Of a DNA stretch of 64,000 nt, positions 1 to 13,858 are shown piece after piece. This DNA is from Octopus vulgaris. Lineage: Eukaryota. The position numbers were made by a program, and so were the translations under genes. Numbering within the stretch: the stretch's first letter is position 1; every line of letters begins with the position of its first letter. Where the stretch lies: contig OX597816.1 of the NCBI GenBank assembly GCA_951406725.2, positions 22,258,001 to 22,322,000 of the forward strand. The letters run 5' to 3'. Below the pieces are notes generated by a model. The model was given only the letters and a program-made list of their open reading frames with translations, was not told the origin of the DNA and did not search any database.

Positions 1-547
1 ATGAAATTTCCGAAATTTTACTAACCTATCCAGGATGAACCACTACGAAGGACTACTCGGATCTTCTCAGGTGTATTTGGATCATCCCATCTCTGTCACA
101 GATGATAATCCGTGACATTAGTGGTAAAGATTTCAGGCTACGTTCTTTTCTATGAAGTATTGCTATAAACGCTTTCTTTCCTACTTTTCCAGTTTTTCTG
201 CATAATATATATGTTTTCATACTTGCTTCGGCATAAATACGTTATAAAAGTTTTTATGGCATTTACAAACACCTGCCTATCTTTTATTACATTACTATAT
301 CTTATACCTTATAAAAATATTATCTGTTGATCCATCACCTTCCAACATATAAGGATTGACTTTACACGCTCTCAAGACTAAGACACGCACAGAAAAAAAA
401 AAAACTTTCAGGACTTTCACTGAAGGCGCTTTCTCAACGTCTTACGAAGTGAGTCTAAAATCGGAAATATTAATACATGCTTGCGGAATGACATTTTTAA
501 TCACACATTCTTTTTTTATTTTACATAGTTTTATATTACACTTTTAC

Positions 548-870
548 TTATTCTTTGTAAGCCTAGTACTTATTCTATCGGTCTTTCTTGCCGAGCCGCT
601 AGGTTACGGGGTCGTAAACACAACAGCATCGGTTGTCAAGCGATGTTGGAGGACAAACAGAGACAAACAAACATATAGACACACATGTATATGCATAATA
701 CATGTATACGACCGGCTTATTTCAGTTTCCGTCTACCAAATCCACTCACAAGGCTTTGGTCGGCCAGAGGCTATAGTAGAAGACACTTGCCGAAAGAGCC
801 ACACAGTGGGACTGAATCCGCAACCATGTGGTTAGTAAGCAAGCTACTTACCACACATCCACTCCTGCGC
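548..870 (-). mobile_element. SINE-A (tRNA-headed, bipartite SINE with microsatellite linker), 3'-truncated
   Basis: Reverse complement of the multi-copy element best seen at 24877-25270; Pol III A-box/B-box-like head at 810-870. Confidence 0.85.
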
Positions 871-1602
871 TTATTACGATATTAATGATTATTATTTAGA
901 TATATTAACTACATATTGCCTATATATACGTTTTCAAACATAAAATGCCGGTAAATATTCGCTAAATTTTGTTTTGAATAAAGGCCAACAATCTTTATGT
1001 TTTCTTATTTTGGCAACAGATCAGCTAATATGGCGTGGGAGAAAGTGGCTGACAACGATCTCAATGTTCAAATGGTTCTGAAAAAAATAAAAAACAAAAA
1101 CACCGACTTCCGAACTTAATCTCAGGACGTTAGTATTCAGCAAGCGCACCACCGTAAACGTCAAGTTCATATATATTACCAAAATCTATTTGCTTCCATA
1201 GTACACCAGGGAAAAATAACAGAAAACTAAAAGGACATTTAGGTGGAGTTTCTTCTGATACCGTTTACATTACTAGATGATGAATGCTAAATCGTAGAGC
1301 AATCGTTGCATTTCTCCTTGAAACAAATAATAGTACAGAATAAAGTGCGGTGCAATACGTGTCATCATTAGCTTCCGCCGAAAACATTTGTTGTCTGGAC
1401 AAACGCATTACGGTGATAGACAAGTATAAATATCGAAATTAAATTATGAATATTTAGCGAAAATGTCGTGCCATGTCCAGTACGTTATTTCGTTTTGGTC
1501 TACACAGTATAAATTACTATTGGATATAGTTTAGGTCTACAAATACACACATATGGAGATGATATGATGGATTAAATGAATATATTGTGTTGTGATAATA
1601 AT

Positions 1603-1746
1603 CGCAGGAGTGGCTGTGTAGTAAGTAGCTTTCTTACCAACCACATTGTTCCGGGTTCAGTCCCACTGCAGAGCATCCTGGGTGAGTGTCTTCAACTATA
1701 GTCCCGGGTCGACCAAAACCTTGTGAATGGATTTGGTAGATGGAAT
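1603..1746 (+). mobile_element. SINE-A left arm (tRNA head + CORE-like domain)
   Basis: cgcaggagtggctgtgtagtaag...gggttcagtcccactgc...gtgaatggatttggtaga, ending in (TA)n linker. Confidence 0.85.
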
Positions 1747-2071
1747 CTATATATATAGGTGAGATGAAAATGGAGGACAAATAACGAACAGAAGTGTGTC
1801 TTTTGCGCTATTAAGTCATTATTTAGTAACTAAAGGTGGGAGTGAAGTTGTTTACGGTCGTTTCTGTTTACCATGGTGAGGAAAATATATATTATATTTT
1901 TGCCTCCTTACTAATGGTAGTCATCGTCAGAACGAAGAGGTCAGAGGTAGAGAGAAGACTGAAAGATCAGTGGTTACTCCAGGAAAGAGAATATCAAAGC
2001 TTTGAGTGTCTTACTTTATATTGGGGTTCACAGTTCGTTAAGTCCGTTATGAATGTATGAAGATTATATAC

Positions 2072-2298
2072 TTCTTTACTACCCACAAGGGGCTAAACAT
2101 AGAGAGGACAAACAAAGACAGACAAAGGGATTAAGTCGATTACATCGACCTCAGTGCGAAACTGGTACTTAATTTATCGACCCCGAAAGGATGAAAGGCA
2201 AAGTCGACCTCGGCGGAATTTGAACTCAGAATGTAACGACAGACGAAATACGGCTACGCATTTCGCTCGGCGTGCTAACGTTTCTGCCAGCTCGCCGA
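2072..2298 (-). mobile_element. SINE-B full copy with 16-bp target-site duplication
   Basis: Matches copies at 12179, 18899, 61680. Perfect flanking direct repeat atgtatgaagattata at 2053-2068 and 2300-2315. Confidence 0.92.
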
Positions 2299-2759
2299 CA
2301 TGTATGAAGATTATAATTTAGTTGCACCTCTGGTATCATGTTTATTCAATGGCATGTCTTGCACGTGCCTGTGACTTCCAGGGTTTCACCGGCGGTACAG
2401 TGTAAGGGAGCTAACTCTAGTCATGGAAAACCCGTGCTGTTATAATGACCTGGAAGACTGTAGGGAGTAACTTCTGAATGGCTTCAAAATATAACCGCTG
2501 TTTAGTTATATATTTAAGAGATGGTTATAGATTTACTTATTGAATTTATTTACCGATACGGTTGTACATAGAATAAATGTGTTTGAAAGTTGTGGTTTAT
2601 TTGGTATGTTTGTTCCCAAACAACACTTATTTTAGTGCTGCTGACACCACCGGATTGAATGGTACTGTCCAGGTGTCGAAACCATAAGGATATCCGTGAG
2701 GCAGCTGAGGATGGGGGTATGTTGGATCGTTGGTTTATCTGTTTTTGTGTATGTTGAAT

Positions 2760-2980
2760 AGTATGTGTGTGTCTGTGTTTGTCACTCCCCCCACCATTGC
2801 TTGACATCCGATGCTGGTGTGCTTCGTCCCCGTAACTTAGCGGTTCGGCAAAATAGACCGATAGAATAAGTACTAGGCTTACAAAGAGTAAGCCCTGGGG
2901 CTCTATTTGCTAGAATAAAGGCTGTGCTCCAGCATGGTCGCAGTGAGATGGTTAAAAACAACTAAAAGAATAAAAGAATA
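2760..2980 (+). mobile_element. SINE-A right arm
   Basis: gcttgacatccgatgctggtg...gctccagcatggtcgcag...taaaagaataaaagaata tail. Confidence 0.85.
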
Positions 2981-4065
2981 GCAATAATGGTTTCAAATTT
3001 TGGAAAAGTTATCATTGAAATGCCAGTAATTTCGGGAAGTTTGTGTATTTTTACATTCTTATATTATAATTTAATTTTGCATGATATCAGAATACCAATG
3101 GATTGAATTTAAAATATATATTTTAGAGGATTAATAAACTTCGTTGATTACTTATCATTAGTTGTGTACGTGCAATATCTTCCAAGAATCAAGTCAATTC
3201 TAAAAATATTTCCCCCACCACAGCATTGCGAGCGAGTGAGCTTGTTGTTAAATATCACATAGAGTTTTTAAATGTTAAATTTTAAGATACGTAGGTTTGT
3301 ACTTTGAAGTTGAAATTTTTACATTTTAAGAGAAGTGGTTTGATTTTTACCGATTACCAAATAATGAGAGAATTGAATTACAATATTTAACGAGTTGAAA
3401 AAAGAAGAAAATATTTCGATATGAAGGTTGACAAAAGAAATCCTTTACACATCGGTAGAACTTGTGATGTATGTAAGAAATGTCACCGGTTTTAAACATG
3501 TCGTTCCTTCAGGCGATGGCTGTCAATACAAGGGAGATAACTGTTCCCTCGCAACATGAATCGGGATTAGAAATTTTAAATCGGAAACGTTTAGCATTTT
3601 AAAATATTCTGATAAAACTTTCGGTTAATGGCGACAAATATACCATTTCTGAAAGCAAATTTTATATACAAATCAAATTTTTGATAGAATTCTTTCCACT
3701 TCCTTTAAATTCGTTTTAACAAATATCCAGCTAGCAAGCCTTAAGTAAATGAAACATTTCAGAAAGTAATTTTAAACTTTTAGACATATTTTGTAACAAA
3801 GTACCATAGTTCATCAACACAGTGATGTCGGGCGTCAACGAAGAGCCCTGGACTACAAGACGACAAAAGTTTCTTTTTTCCAAGGTCTGGGGTCTCCCGC
3901 CCCTAAGCCCTAAACCATCACCTAATCACCCTTACCCGTCTTGTTGCTTAACAACAACAACAAAAATCCAAGACATGCAACACCATATCATGATTATCAT
4001 TACAATAATATCACTGGTCTCCTACACTGGAGTATAATGCTTTGGATAAGAAAGATTTAAATATT

Positions 4066-4262
4066 ATTTCCTACTATAGGCACAAGGCCTGAAATTTAGG
4101 GGTAGGGAGCCAGTCGATTAGACCGATGTCAGTATGCAACTGGTAGTTACTTTATCGGCCCCGAAAGGATGAAAGCGATGTCGAACTCGGCGGAATTTGA
4201 ACTCAAAACGTAAAGATAGACGAAATACCGCTAAGCATTTTCCCCCGGCATTGCTAATTTCA
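4066..4262 (-). mobile_element. SINE-B' (SINE-B head/core with alternative tail)
   Basis: ccccgaaaggatgaaag...ggcggaatttgaactc core shared with SINE-B; tail ggcacaaggcctgaaattt differs. Confidence 0.8.
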
Positions 4263-4305
4263 GGCAGAGCTTTCAGTTTACTTTCAAACGAATCGGTTTA
4301 TTACA

Positions 4306-4526
4306 CTTTTACTGTTTTAGTTGTTTCAGTCATTTAACTGTGGCCATGCTGGAGCACCGCCTTGAGTAGAGGAAATCGACCCCAGGACTTATTCTTTGTA
4401 ACCCTAGTACTTATTCAATCGGTCTCTTTTGCCGAACCGCTAGGTTACGGGGACGTAAACACACCAGCATCGATTGTCAAGCGATGTTGGGGGAACACCC
4501 TAGACGCACGCACACACACACACACG

Positions 4527-4559
<33 letters not shown>

Positions 4560-4719
4560 GCCAGGCTTCTTTCAGTTTCCGTCTACCAAATCCACTCACA
4601 AGTCTTTGGTCGGCCCGAGGCTATAGTAGAAGACACTTGCCCAGGGTGCCACGCAGTGGGGCTGAACCCGGAACCATGTATTTCGTAAGCAAGCTACTTA
4701 CCACACAGCCACTCCCTGC
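4306..4719 (-). mobile_element. SINE-A full copy
   Basis: Both arms plus (CA)n(TA)n linker at 4505-4560. Explains ORFs 4362..4688 and 4484..5122. Confidence 0.92.
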
Positions 4720-5904
4720 TATCGGAATTATAAGGATGCCAAATAAAAATAAAAACAGTTATTTTCTTAACTTGTCCAATAACCTTACCTGTAACCATAA
4801 AAATGTTTCCAGCCAGTTACTGATTAATTTTCGCCAGAAGGTATACTGTTTCCTTAGCTATCTATTCTCCATGTTTCTTCAATACAGGAATCCTCCTTTG
4901 TTAAAGAAAGCGTTTCAACCATGGCCGCAAATTTTATTAGATGGTGACAATATTTTGTCAACGCCAACCAATTTTCAATTACTTCTTTCTTTTCAACTGC
5001 ATTTATCCATTGGATCTCTTCTGATTGCATCGTTTGACATTTACAATCGAATGAAATCTATAGAAATCTACAAAATGAATATATATCGGTTAATCAACAC
5101 AGTGGACCCTTCCCTAAAATAACAGCATTTCATAATATCTTATTTCTTTCTGGATAACGACAAAGATGTTTATTCTGTTCAGCTACATAAACGTGTCAAT
5201 AATTCGCTTCAGCATACAATCCACAAAGTAGTGAGAAAATTAAACTGCTAACAAAACAACCATCTGGAGATCATTAACTAAATAATGACGAATTCTTATA
5301 TTGATTACAGAAGAATTTAGAAGAATCTTAATGGAAATCAATTTTCTCTTGTGCACTATTTAACACAAAAGAGAAAAGAATTTGCCCTTAAAGGATAACA
5401 GTGAAAATTATTTCATGATTTGAAATTGGGCGAGAGTATTGAATGTTGCTGTAGAATTTTACTTCATAATAGAAGGTCTTATACAATATTGACATTGAAA
5501 CTATCGTACTATGGGTGTATTAACAAATATTCATAAGTATATATGGTTGTAATTGATATCATTTTAAGAAAGATTAGTATTCTTTTAGGTTCTTTGATTT
5601 GACTAGGACAGTTATAAGGAAAAGATTGAATTTTAACTCTATCCATGATGGTGGCAAAAACGCAAAAAGTAACTGATATTTGGTATATTTCAGCTCTGCA
5701 TTAACTGTCGTATATATATATATATATATATGAAGATGCACCCATGCTTATACATATATACACGCACACACAGATATATATGCACATATATTTACACAGA
5801 CGTTTATGTGTATGGGTGTGTGAAAATTAGTTACAAAAGCAGTATTAATACAGAATGACAATATTAAATGTCCTCGTGTGTTAAATTATTAGGCACAAGA
5901 AGAA

Positions 5905-5983
5905 AATTACTCTCCCCAGACACAACAGAATATGCTTCAACACACGGACTCTCATAAAGAATCTTGCAAACCAAATCCAAAAA
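5905..5983 (-). repeat. ~80-90 bp dispersed repeat fragment
   Basis: agacacaacagaatatgcttcaacacacg...gaatcttgcaaacca recurs at 43962-44038 (same strand) and 23320-23395 (opposite strand). Strand assignment is arbitrary. Confidence 0.65.
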
Positions 5984-7601
5984 CGAAATTATATATATGT
6001 TAATGCAATTGAAACAGTTGTTGGATTTCTAAGGTGTCATCTAAAGTAAAGATATGATTTTCTTACATAATATTGATTGTTATATATATATATATATATA
6101 TCCCCTTCTGCTTCTTTCTGATTTCTTTTTCGTTTTTCAACGTTCTACATTTTCTTTCTACTTCTTTCTCGCTTTCTCTCGCTTGTCTCTTATTCTATCG
6201 ACCCAGTTCTAGTTGTTTATGCCATATAGACAGTACTTTATTGATTGTGCTAGGGCTCCGAACGCATTAAAACTCACTGTCTGATACGCTCGCACTATAT
6301 AAAAGCACATATTGTGTTTAAGAAATTATATACATACATGTATGTGTGTGTGCGTCTGATTATAATCAAGGAAAACATTTATTTAAAATGTTATCAAGCA
6401 GCTAGCATGTAATGGACCATTTAGGAAAAAAATTAATACAAAGTATATAATTTTATAAATATAATTATAATAACGGAAACTACTGAACAATGTTACATGC
6501 TAGAAGTAGACGCCAGATGGCTCTAAAACTACTTTATAGTTTTAGACACGGGCTGAAAACGAGGGAAATGAAGAGAGAAGGTTTTTTAAATGTTTAGCTA
6601 TACATCGATTTCTAGTTTAGGGATGTAATACACTTTACCTTCATAATTATGACATAACTCAGAGTACATCATAATAAACGAGAGAGAGAGAGAAAGTGGG
6701 GAGGAAATACATGTATACATACTACGGCATACCACAGTTTCCGTCCAACAAATTGCAATTTGCTAGTCAGTGACTTTTCTTAAAACAACATATTTGCAAA
6801 GCAAGTTTCTTAACCGCGCAGCCAATGAAAATTTGAATAGAGAAATACATTGAAATTGATGTAGAAGCTAGAATTGCAAATGTTCACCACAAGCAGACAT
6901 ATAATTTTTCTTTAACCAGCGTCCACGTCTCTTACACACTACGGCTCCAGTAGATTATTATAGTCTCATTATCTTACTATGCCAAGCATCATGAAAATCA
7001 TTATATGCTCTCTACTCTTACATATGTATCAAGTAAACTTTTAGTAATATAAAAATACTTTATATATTAAGTATTTTAAGATGACGTATGTTGTCATATG
7101 AAATGTTGGTGTAATGCTGTATTATTTTAATATTTTGTTTCTATTTCCTGTTTATGTAAACATTCCTTAACGTTACATGCAAACCGCCATTTTACGAAAC
7201 GCATATATATGGGGATGGTTATATATAAATATATATAACAGGGATGTGCCGCCTACCTTCAATAAAATGATCGATAGCAACATTTTCTTTTAACAGCAAA
7301 GTATGCACCTAATTCAATAAAATTATGAAGGTTGCTCTGATTACTATGCATAAAATACAAAATACGTATTTTTTGTAGATTAGATAGGTATAATACGTCG
7401 CTGCTTTTCAATCAAAATGTTTAAGTTACGCATAGTAATGCTGTAGAATACGTGCTTCGCATATTCTTGCTTTACGTGTTATAAAGGCACAAGTAAATCT
7501 GCCGTCAACTCAGTCGCGCGCATATATTACATATTTTTTCTGTGTTCTACTACATAAAGATCACCAACTACTTACCCTGAGTAATTACTGACAGCACGTG
7601 C

Positions 7602-7602
<1 letters not shown>

Positions 7603-7648
<46 letters not shown>

Positions 7649-7664
7649 TAGAGAGATATATATG

Positions 7665-7721
<57 letters not shown>

Positions 7722-8092
7722 GTGTGAGTGTATATGTGTGTGTGTGTGAGTGTATATATGTGCGTGTGTGTGTATATATATGTATGTGTGTTTACATATA
7801 TATATATATGCGTGTATGTATGTGTGTATGTGCGCGTATATATGCATATGTGTGTGTATGTATATATATATATACACACACATAGATACGCGCACATACA
7901 CACACGCACATATACGCACACGCAGATATATGTGCACGCACATATATATATATTTATACACACACATACATACACACACTTATATACAGATATATACACA
8001 TACATATATGTATATACACACATACATACACACACTTATATACATATATATATATACACATTTACACACACACACACACACATATATATATA
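7603..8092. repeat. Compound (TA)n/(TG)n/(CA)n microsatellite field
   Basis: Direct reading; source of the [12 protein letters not shown] pseudo-ORFs. Confidence 0.95.
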
Positions 8093-8957
8093 TTGGTTAA
8101 ATCTATTTCACATCGACATTATTTTTCCACGAGTCTGTTAGCAATCATATGAATATTTTCTGATTTCTTGTCTACGCCGTCATTCGAATTGTTGATGGTT
8201 TTGTTCTACACCCATCTGCTATTTTCAGAATGTGCTTGCTGTAATAGTCTAGCTGTTATGAATATTATCTGCATATAAATTGGCGTTTATGTTTTATATA
8301 TTGCAAAACAATATTTGGTAAGATAGATAAGTTAAGATGAAATGAGAAAATACTTATTTCTAAGATTGAAAACTTAGTGAATATCTCATCATTTAGAAAT
8401 CATATTATAAGATCATAGGGTAAAGTTTGCTCTCCGGAGTGTAGGTTAGACGAATATTCAAAATCTAATATAAGTGAAAGATTGCAAAAAGAAAGAATAT
8501 TTACAAATAATAACGTATTGAAGATTAGAATTTCATGAATACATAATCATGGGATAATATAGTTTGAACTGTACACAAAAAGGAAAAAATAATCAAAATA
8601 GAGAATTATATATGGACACGTAGTAGAGAAACAAATTAAAACGAGAAATGCAATAAGTATATTTATTTATTTATATACATCAGATCAATAGGTCCTGCGT
8701 CTTTTACGACGATAGATGTTCTAGTTGTTTTTATCCACAGCACAGATAATTTATCGAATTATACTTTTTGGAGGTGAGTGTTCCATATATGCTTCCGTTC
8801 TTTATTTAATATTTAAAGGGATGAAGATTGGCAGTTGACATACTGATGAATAGCCATACATAGATAGGTTGAGTATTTCATAGACTAATCTACTTCTGTC
8901 TATTTTCTTACGAGAAAACGTAGTGCTACAATGACATGTATATATATACTATCATAA

Positions 8958-9007
<50 letters not shown>

Positions 9008-9254
9008 CATATATATATACATATACATATATATATACATATACATAAGTGGATAGATCAAGCAGTCTGCAAATACTTCTAGCGTTAACCCAAATCTCAG
9101 AAAGATTACACAAAGTTTGACAAGCTGATGAGGAATTAGAGATCTCATGTCAAATTTTACGCTCGGTATACATTGTATGTTTTTAACCTGTCGCTGCCTA
9201 TTCATATTTATTAAGTAACGGGGCGCAACGCAGCCCGGCTTCTATTGAGAGCAG

Positions 9255-9319
<65 letters not shown>

Positions 9320-9339
9320 TACACATAGATATATAAAAC

Positions 9340-9900
9340 TTAGATATGTTTCCATCGAAGACTGGTCCAGGCCATGTCTAACTTAATCGCACCAGCTGAT
9401 AGGATTATCTAAATCCTTTTTAAGTCAAGTTTTGTTTAGGGTTCATTCAAGCAGTGAGTTCTTGTTGAGTGAGTTGTATTCAGGTATGGGTGGTTTATCT
9501 GGTATTCCTTGAAGAAATCTGTCCAGACTCTGTTTAAACGTGATGGGATCCTTTTCCTCTTTAATCAGTTTTTAGACAATGTTAAACAGGACAGGGCCTG
9601 TTGAGGAAATTAAATTATTTTGCATTGTACCTATATGCTGTGATCCTGAATTGGGCAGGGGACGTAAGGCCCGTGGTCCCAGCCTTGGATGAACCTTGAA
9701 ACTAATGTTCAGGTTGTTTGGGCAATGCTGTCGGTATATTCTCCACATCGTACAAATGATGTACCGCTCGCGGCAGCGCTGGAGAGACTAGAGTTTCAAG
9801 GTTTTAAGGCGGTCCCAGTAATCGAAATCAGTCATGCCTTTAATTTGTTTAGTGAATGCGCTCCGGGGTTATTCAATCCTAGAGATGTTAGACATGGCAT
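9340..9900 (-). mobile_element. CR1-group LINE, 3' end of ORF2 and 3' UTR (decayed)
   Basis: Minus-strand translation KGMTDFDYWDRLKTLKL*SLQRCRERYIICTMWRIYRQHCPNNL...GPVLFNI...FKQSLDRFLQGIPDKPP is a typical post-RT C-terminus. Homologous to 60150-60725. Confidence 0.8.
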
Positions 9901-10139
9901 GGACCAATCTTTGATCGAAACATATCTAGGTTTTATACACGTATATATACAAAAGATATATAACTCTCTCTCTTCTCTCTCATTTATATATATATATATC
10001 TACATACAAAGGCGGAGAAATGTGAAATGATGGCACCTTGTTCTCTGGACCGGAACCTTCTTAAGATCCAGGAGCTCATCCTACGAGCTATATCGACCTT
10101 ATTGTTGTTGTGGGCACTCCAACAGAGATTGTTATCAAC

Positions 10140-10185
<46 letters not shown>

Positions 10186-10194
10186 CGCCGATTT

Positions 10195-10401
10195 CCCTGA
10201 TTCTGTGGCGCATATGTTTCCCCCCGCTACTGAACGGAAGCCGGTCCATCGCAGGACTAGTCATTTGTGCCAGCTTAGTGGACTGGAGCAACGTCAAATG
10301 TTGTCTTCTGCTCAAGTTCTCAACGCTTCGATCAGTCTAAGATTCGAAATCAGAATCCTACGTTCATGGTTGCAACACGCCAACTAGTAATCGAAGCGCC
10401 T
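10195..10401 (-). mobile_element. Old SINE-D-like copy (tRNA head, diverged)
   Basis: Reverse complement reads gaggcgc...ttcgaatc...ttgagcagaagac...tgctccagtccactaagctg, similar to the head and body of 27908-28040. Confidence 0.6.
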
Positions 10402-10490
10402 CTACGCTTAAATATATTACAATGGTTAATCTAGACAAAAAGCATTTTTATCTGGTTGTTTTATTAATGTGTAGTTCATTAGTTATAATA

Positions 10491-10701
10491 AAACGTTAGC
10501 ACGCCGGGCGAAATGCGTAGCCGTATTTCGTCTGCAGTTACGTTCTGGGTTCAAATTCCGCCGAGGTCGACTTTGCCTTTCATCCTTTCGGGGTCGATAA
10601 ATTAAGTACCAGTTCACTGGGGTCGATGTAATCGACTTAATTCGTTTGTCTGTCCTTGTTTGTCCCCTCTGTGTTTAGCCCCTTGTGGGTAGTAAAGAAA
10701 T
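10491..10701 (+). mobile_element. SINE-B (5'-clipped)
   Basis: acgttagcacgccgggcgaaatgc...gcctttcatcctttcggggtcgataaattaagtaccag...gggtagtaaagaaat. Confidence 0.9.
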
Positions 10702-11532
10702 ATATAATAAAACTCCGTGCGGAATGATAAAGGGAAAACGTTGTGCTCGAGCGCTGTTGGTCCAACGATATGTTACATTTCGCTTTAAGGCAAAGATATT
10801 TAGGGACAACAGTCTGGAACACTGAATTTCTAATGACTTTGGTTGTCATATCCGTTTGCTCTTGGCAGATGTAATTTAATTCTACACCGCTTCAACGATG
10901 TTGATGTAAAATAAAGGGATATTGCTCTAGTTCGTTCTAAGCATATGTGGAAGGAATACAAGCATCTTCATAAAGAAAGACTGTCTCATATACTACTTGA
11001 AATTTAAATTGAACATCAGTTAGAAACATGACTATTGCTGTCTTCCGACATTTAGTTCATTTGTAAATCATATCATGAAAAGGAGAAAGAATGATTCTAT
11101 TTATCATGATGCAGTATTGATGTTTGAATCGAAATGTTAAATGACTGTTAAAAGTCATTTCACTTTTAGTGCATAGTGAGATTATTTAGAACCGAATTGC
11201 TTTTATTTTAGCAATACGCTAGACCCATTTTGAGCCATGTTAGAATATAAGTATGATCAAAGACACATCTTTATTGACACATCTTTAAGCCTCATACTGT
11301 AAATGTAAGATTTCATTACCTGATAACATTATAACTCTGTTGAGTGTCCATGAATAGCAATGAGCAGTTATTGACTGAATAGATGGTTTTTCTTAATGGT
11401 GTAGGAAGAAGAGAATTTATGAAAGGTTTTGATGTGTATCATTTAAAGAGTAGTCCCTGTTAAATGAAAATATCATCTCGAATTCAGGATGGTCGGTAGA
11501 ACAATTCATAAATTTCAACGATTACTTTTCTA

Positions 11533-11917
11533 CATATGTATGTGTTTATATGTTTGTTTCTATGTTTGTTCTCCCACCATCGCTTGACAACCAATGGTGG
11601 TGTGTTTACGTCCCTGTAACTTAGCGGTTCGGCAAAAGAGACCAATAGAATAAGTACTAGGTATGCAAAGAATGAGTCCTGGGATCGATTTGCTCGACTA
11701 AAGGCGGTGCTCCAGCATGGCCGCATTCAAATGACTGAAGCAAGTAAAAGAGTAAAAGAGAGAGGATGTGTGTACGTGCGTGATACTACATATACACGCA
11801 CACGAGCTCACTCCAACCCACAAAATACTAGGCTATTTAGAAGTTTATTCATTGTAACGAAAAATACGTAATTACAAACTGTATCTCGTCTGATAAATTG
11901 ACTTCTATTTTGTCTGT
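11533..11917 (+). repeat. Left arm of ~385-bp inverted duplication (SINE-A right arm + ~155 bp unique flank)
   Basis: Reverse complement of 13859-14245, including non-SINE sequence. Confidence 0.9.
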
Positions 11918-12178
11918 AAATATCCACATTCATACGATAAGAGAATGAATGACAATCATTTAACTTCCATCAAAGATAAATGCGATGTATTTTAATTGGA
12001 ATGAACAACTTCGAGAGAGAGAGAGAGACCCTCAAAGTGGTTATATATGAAGACAATATGCAGTTAATGCACTCAGATGATTCCTAGGGTTTCTCAGGAT
12101 ATTTACATTTTCAAATATAGATATGCTTATATTGGTCAGACACTCATTAGGGATGATAGAGAAACCATATAAATAAAT

Positions 12179-12406
12179 GCGGCGAGCTGACAGACACGTT
12201 AGAGCGCCGGGCGAAATGCTTAGCGGTATTTCGTCTGTCGTTACGTTCTGAGTTCAAATTCCGCCGAGGTCGCTTTGCCTTTCATCCTTTCGGGGTCGAT
12301 AAATAAAGTACCAGTTTTGCACTGGGGTCGATGTAATCGACTTAATCCCTTTATCTGTCCTTGTTTGTCCCCTCTATGTTCAGCCCCTTGTGGGCAGTAA
12401 AGAAAT
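12179..12406 (+). mobile_element. SINE-B full copy with TSD
   Basis: Flanks catataaataaatgc (12166-12180) and catataaacaaatgc (12408-12422). Confidence 0.9.
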
Positions 12407-12700
12407 GCATATAAACAAATGCATTGTAATCAAACGCTAGTTGTTATTTATTTAGATGTAGTTTATCCACATGAATTAACGCATCAATCTTGTTCTCCCT
12501 GGTTTAGCGAAGACGAGCATACGACGGCGTCCTTGAGGGGACGCTTGTACGGGTAAAAATGGTCGAAAGTAAAAATAAGTAAAGTGTGCTTCAATTCTGC
12601 AATCTTAGCATATAATTTCACAACTCATTTCAATCTGATACTTCTTTGTAGTCAAGAAATAACATATAAATACACACATTTATATAATATACATCTACAA

Positions 12701-12835
<135 letters not shown>

Positions 12836-13858
12836 CATACGCACACACATACATGTATGCATATGTATATGAATAAATAGAAAAATCGATCCATCATCTC
12901 TCTTCTTTTCTTTCTCCTCTTTTCTATTTTTCCTCTCAAACATTGATCTGGACATTATATTTTGATCTTTACGGTCTTCTTCACCTTATGTTTACCGAAC
13001 ACCAATAAAGGGTGTAGTTCTGCCAACTTTTTACTAATATACATTTAACGGTTCATGAATAACAAAACAGCAACGCCCACGACCATAATAGCAACAACAA
13101 TAGTAAGAACAAGTAAAAAAAATAAATAAATAAATAAATAAAAGAAGAAAGCAGAGAAAATTTAATTTTGATCATTGACCACTCCATCCCTCTCGAAAAT
13201 AATCGGTTTGATGTCGATCACTTGACTCCATCAGTTAGAAACGAGATGGTGTTTTTTTCCAGTAATCTTATCAAACGCGATAGTTCTCTTGTCACGACAC
13301 AGGAGAAAATGAATGATGGCTTGTCACAAATGATGAAACCAAAAATATTACGATATTGAAAATAGTGAAAATATTTGAAAAACAACAGATTTGTCGGAAA
13401 TGTATAAAATTGATGAGAGATATATCAGTTTCCAGCAATAGATTTTTTTTCTTAAAAATGACACTAACTGATGATTTATCAAAATCTAAGGTATTTAAGA
13501 ATCTGACCAAACGAATAAACTATTAGTGGTAGTCTGTAGATTTTAATCAATTTTCCGACAAGACGGCGGCATTGAAATCTCGGCCAATTGTCGTAACTTT
13601 TTATCCGATCAATTGAATATAAATGAAAGCGAAATACGGACTGGTAGTCTCCAAACGCTTTGGAAATTATATAGTATAAAGTTCCAAGAACGTATTCAGC
13701 CAATCTATATCTGGCTTTTAATAGAAAAAAACGTTGGAAAATATAAAACACGTAACAAAGGTCACGGTGGTATCTTGATAGCCGATAAAATATTGAGAGA
13801 CACAACATAAAACGAGGAGACAGAGTGACTGGGTTAAGTGGTATTAGAAAGATGACCA

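Noticed and set aside
356-885. Recurrent 'protein family' FAEPLGYG...SVSVYQIHSQGFGRPEAIVEDTC in many ORFs
   Set aside because: Antisense translation of SINE-A; frames are not conserved among copies.
3895-3940. Telomere-like ccctaa variants
   Set aside because: Only two or three degenerate units; not an interstitial telomeric array.
7568-7602. Minus-strand splice donor-like GGTAAGT after a short unique segment
   Set aside because: No acceptor or credible exon upstream (microsatellite); cannot be supported without RNA data.
7568-8141. Long ORFs rich in YI/HT/CV dipeptides (also near 17.3-18.0, 31.7-32.0, 38.0-39.1, 44.1-44.5 and 56.7-58.1 kb)
   Set aside because: These are translations of dinucleotide microsatellites that lack stop codons; not genes.
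13168-13855. Purine-skewed tract possibly from an RTE-type LINE (similar tracts at 4740-5400 and 47740-48400)
   Set aside because: Motifs are too decayed to assign by eye.
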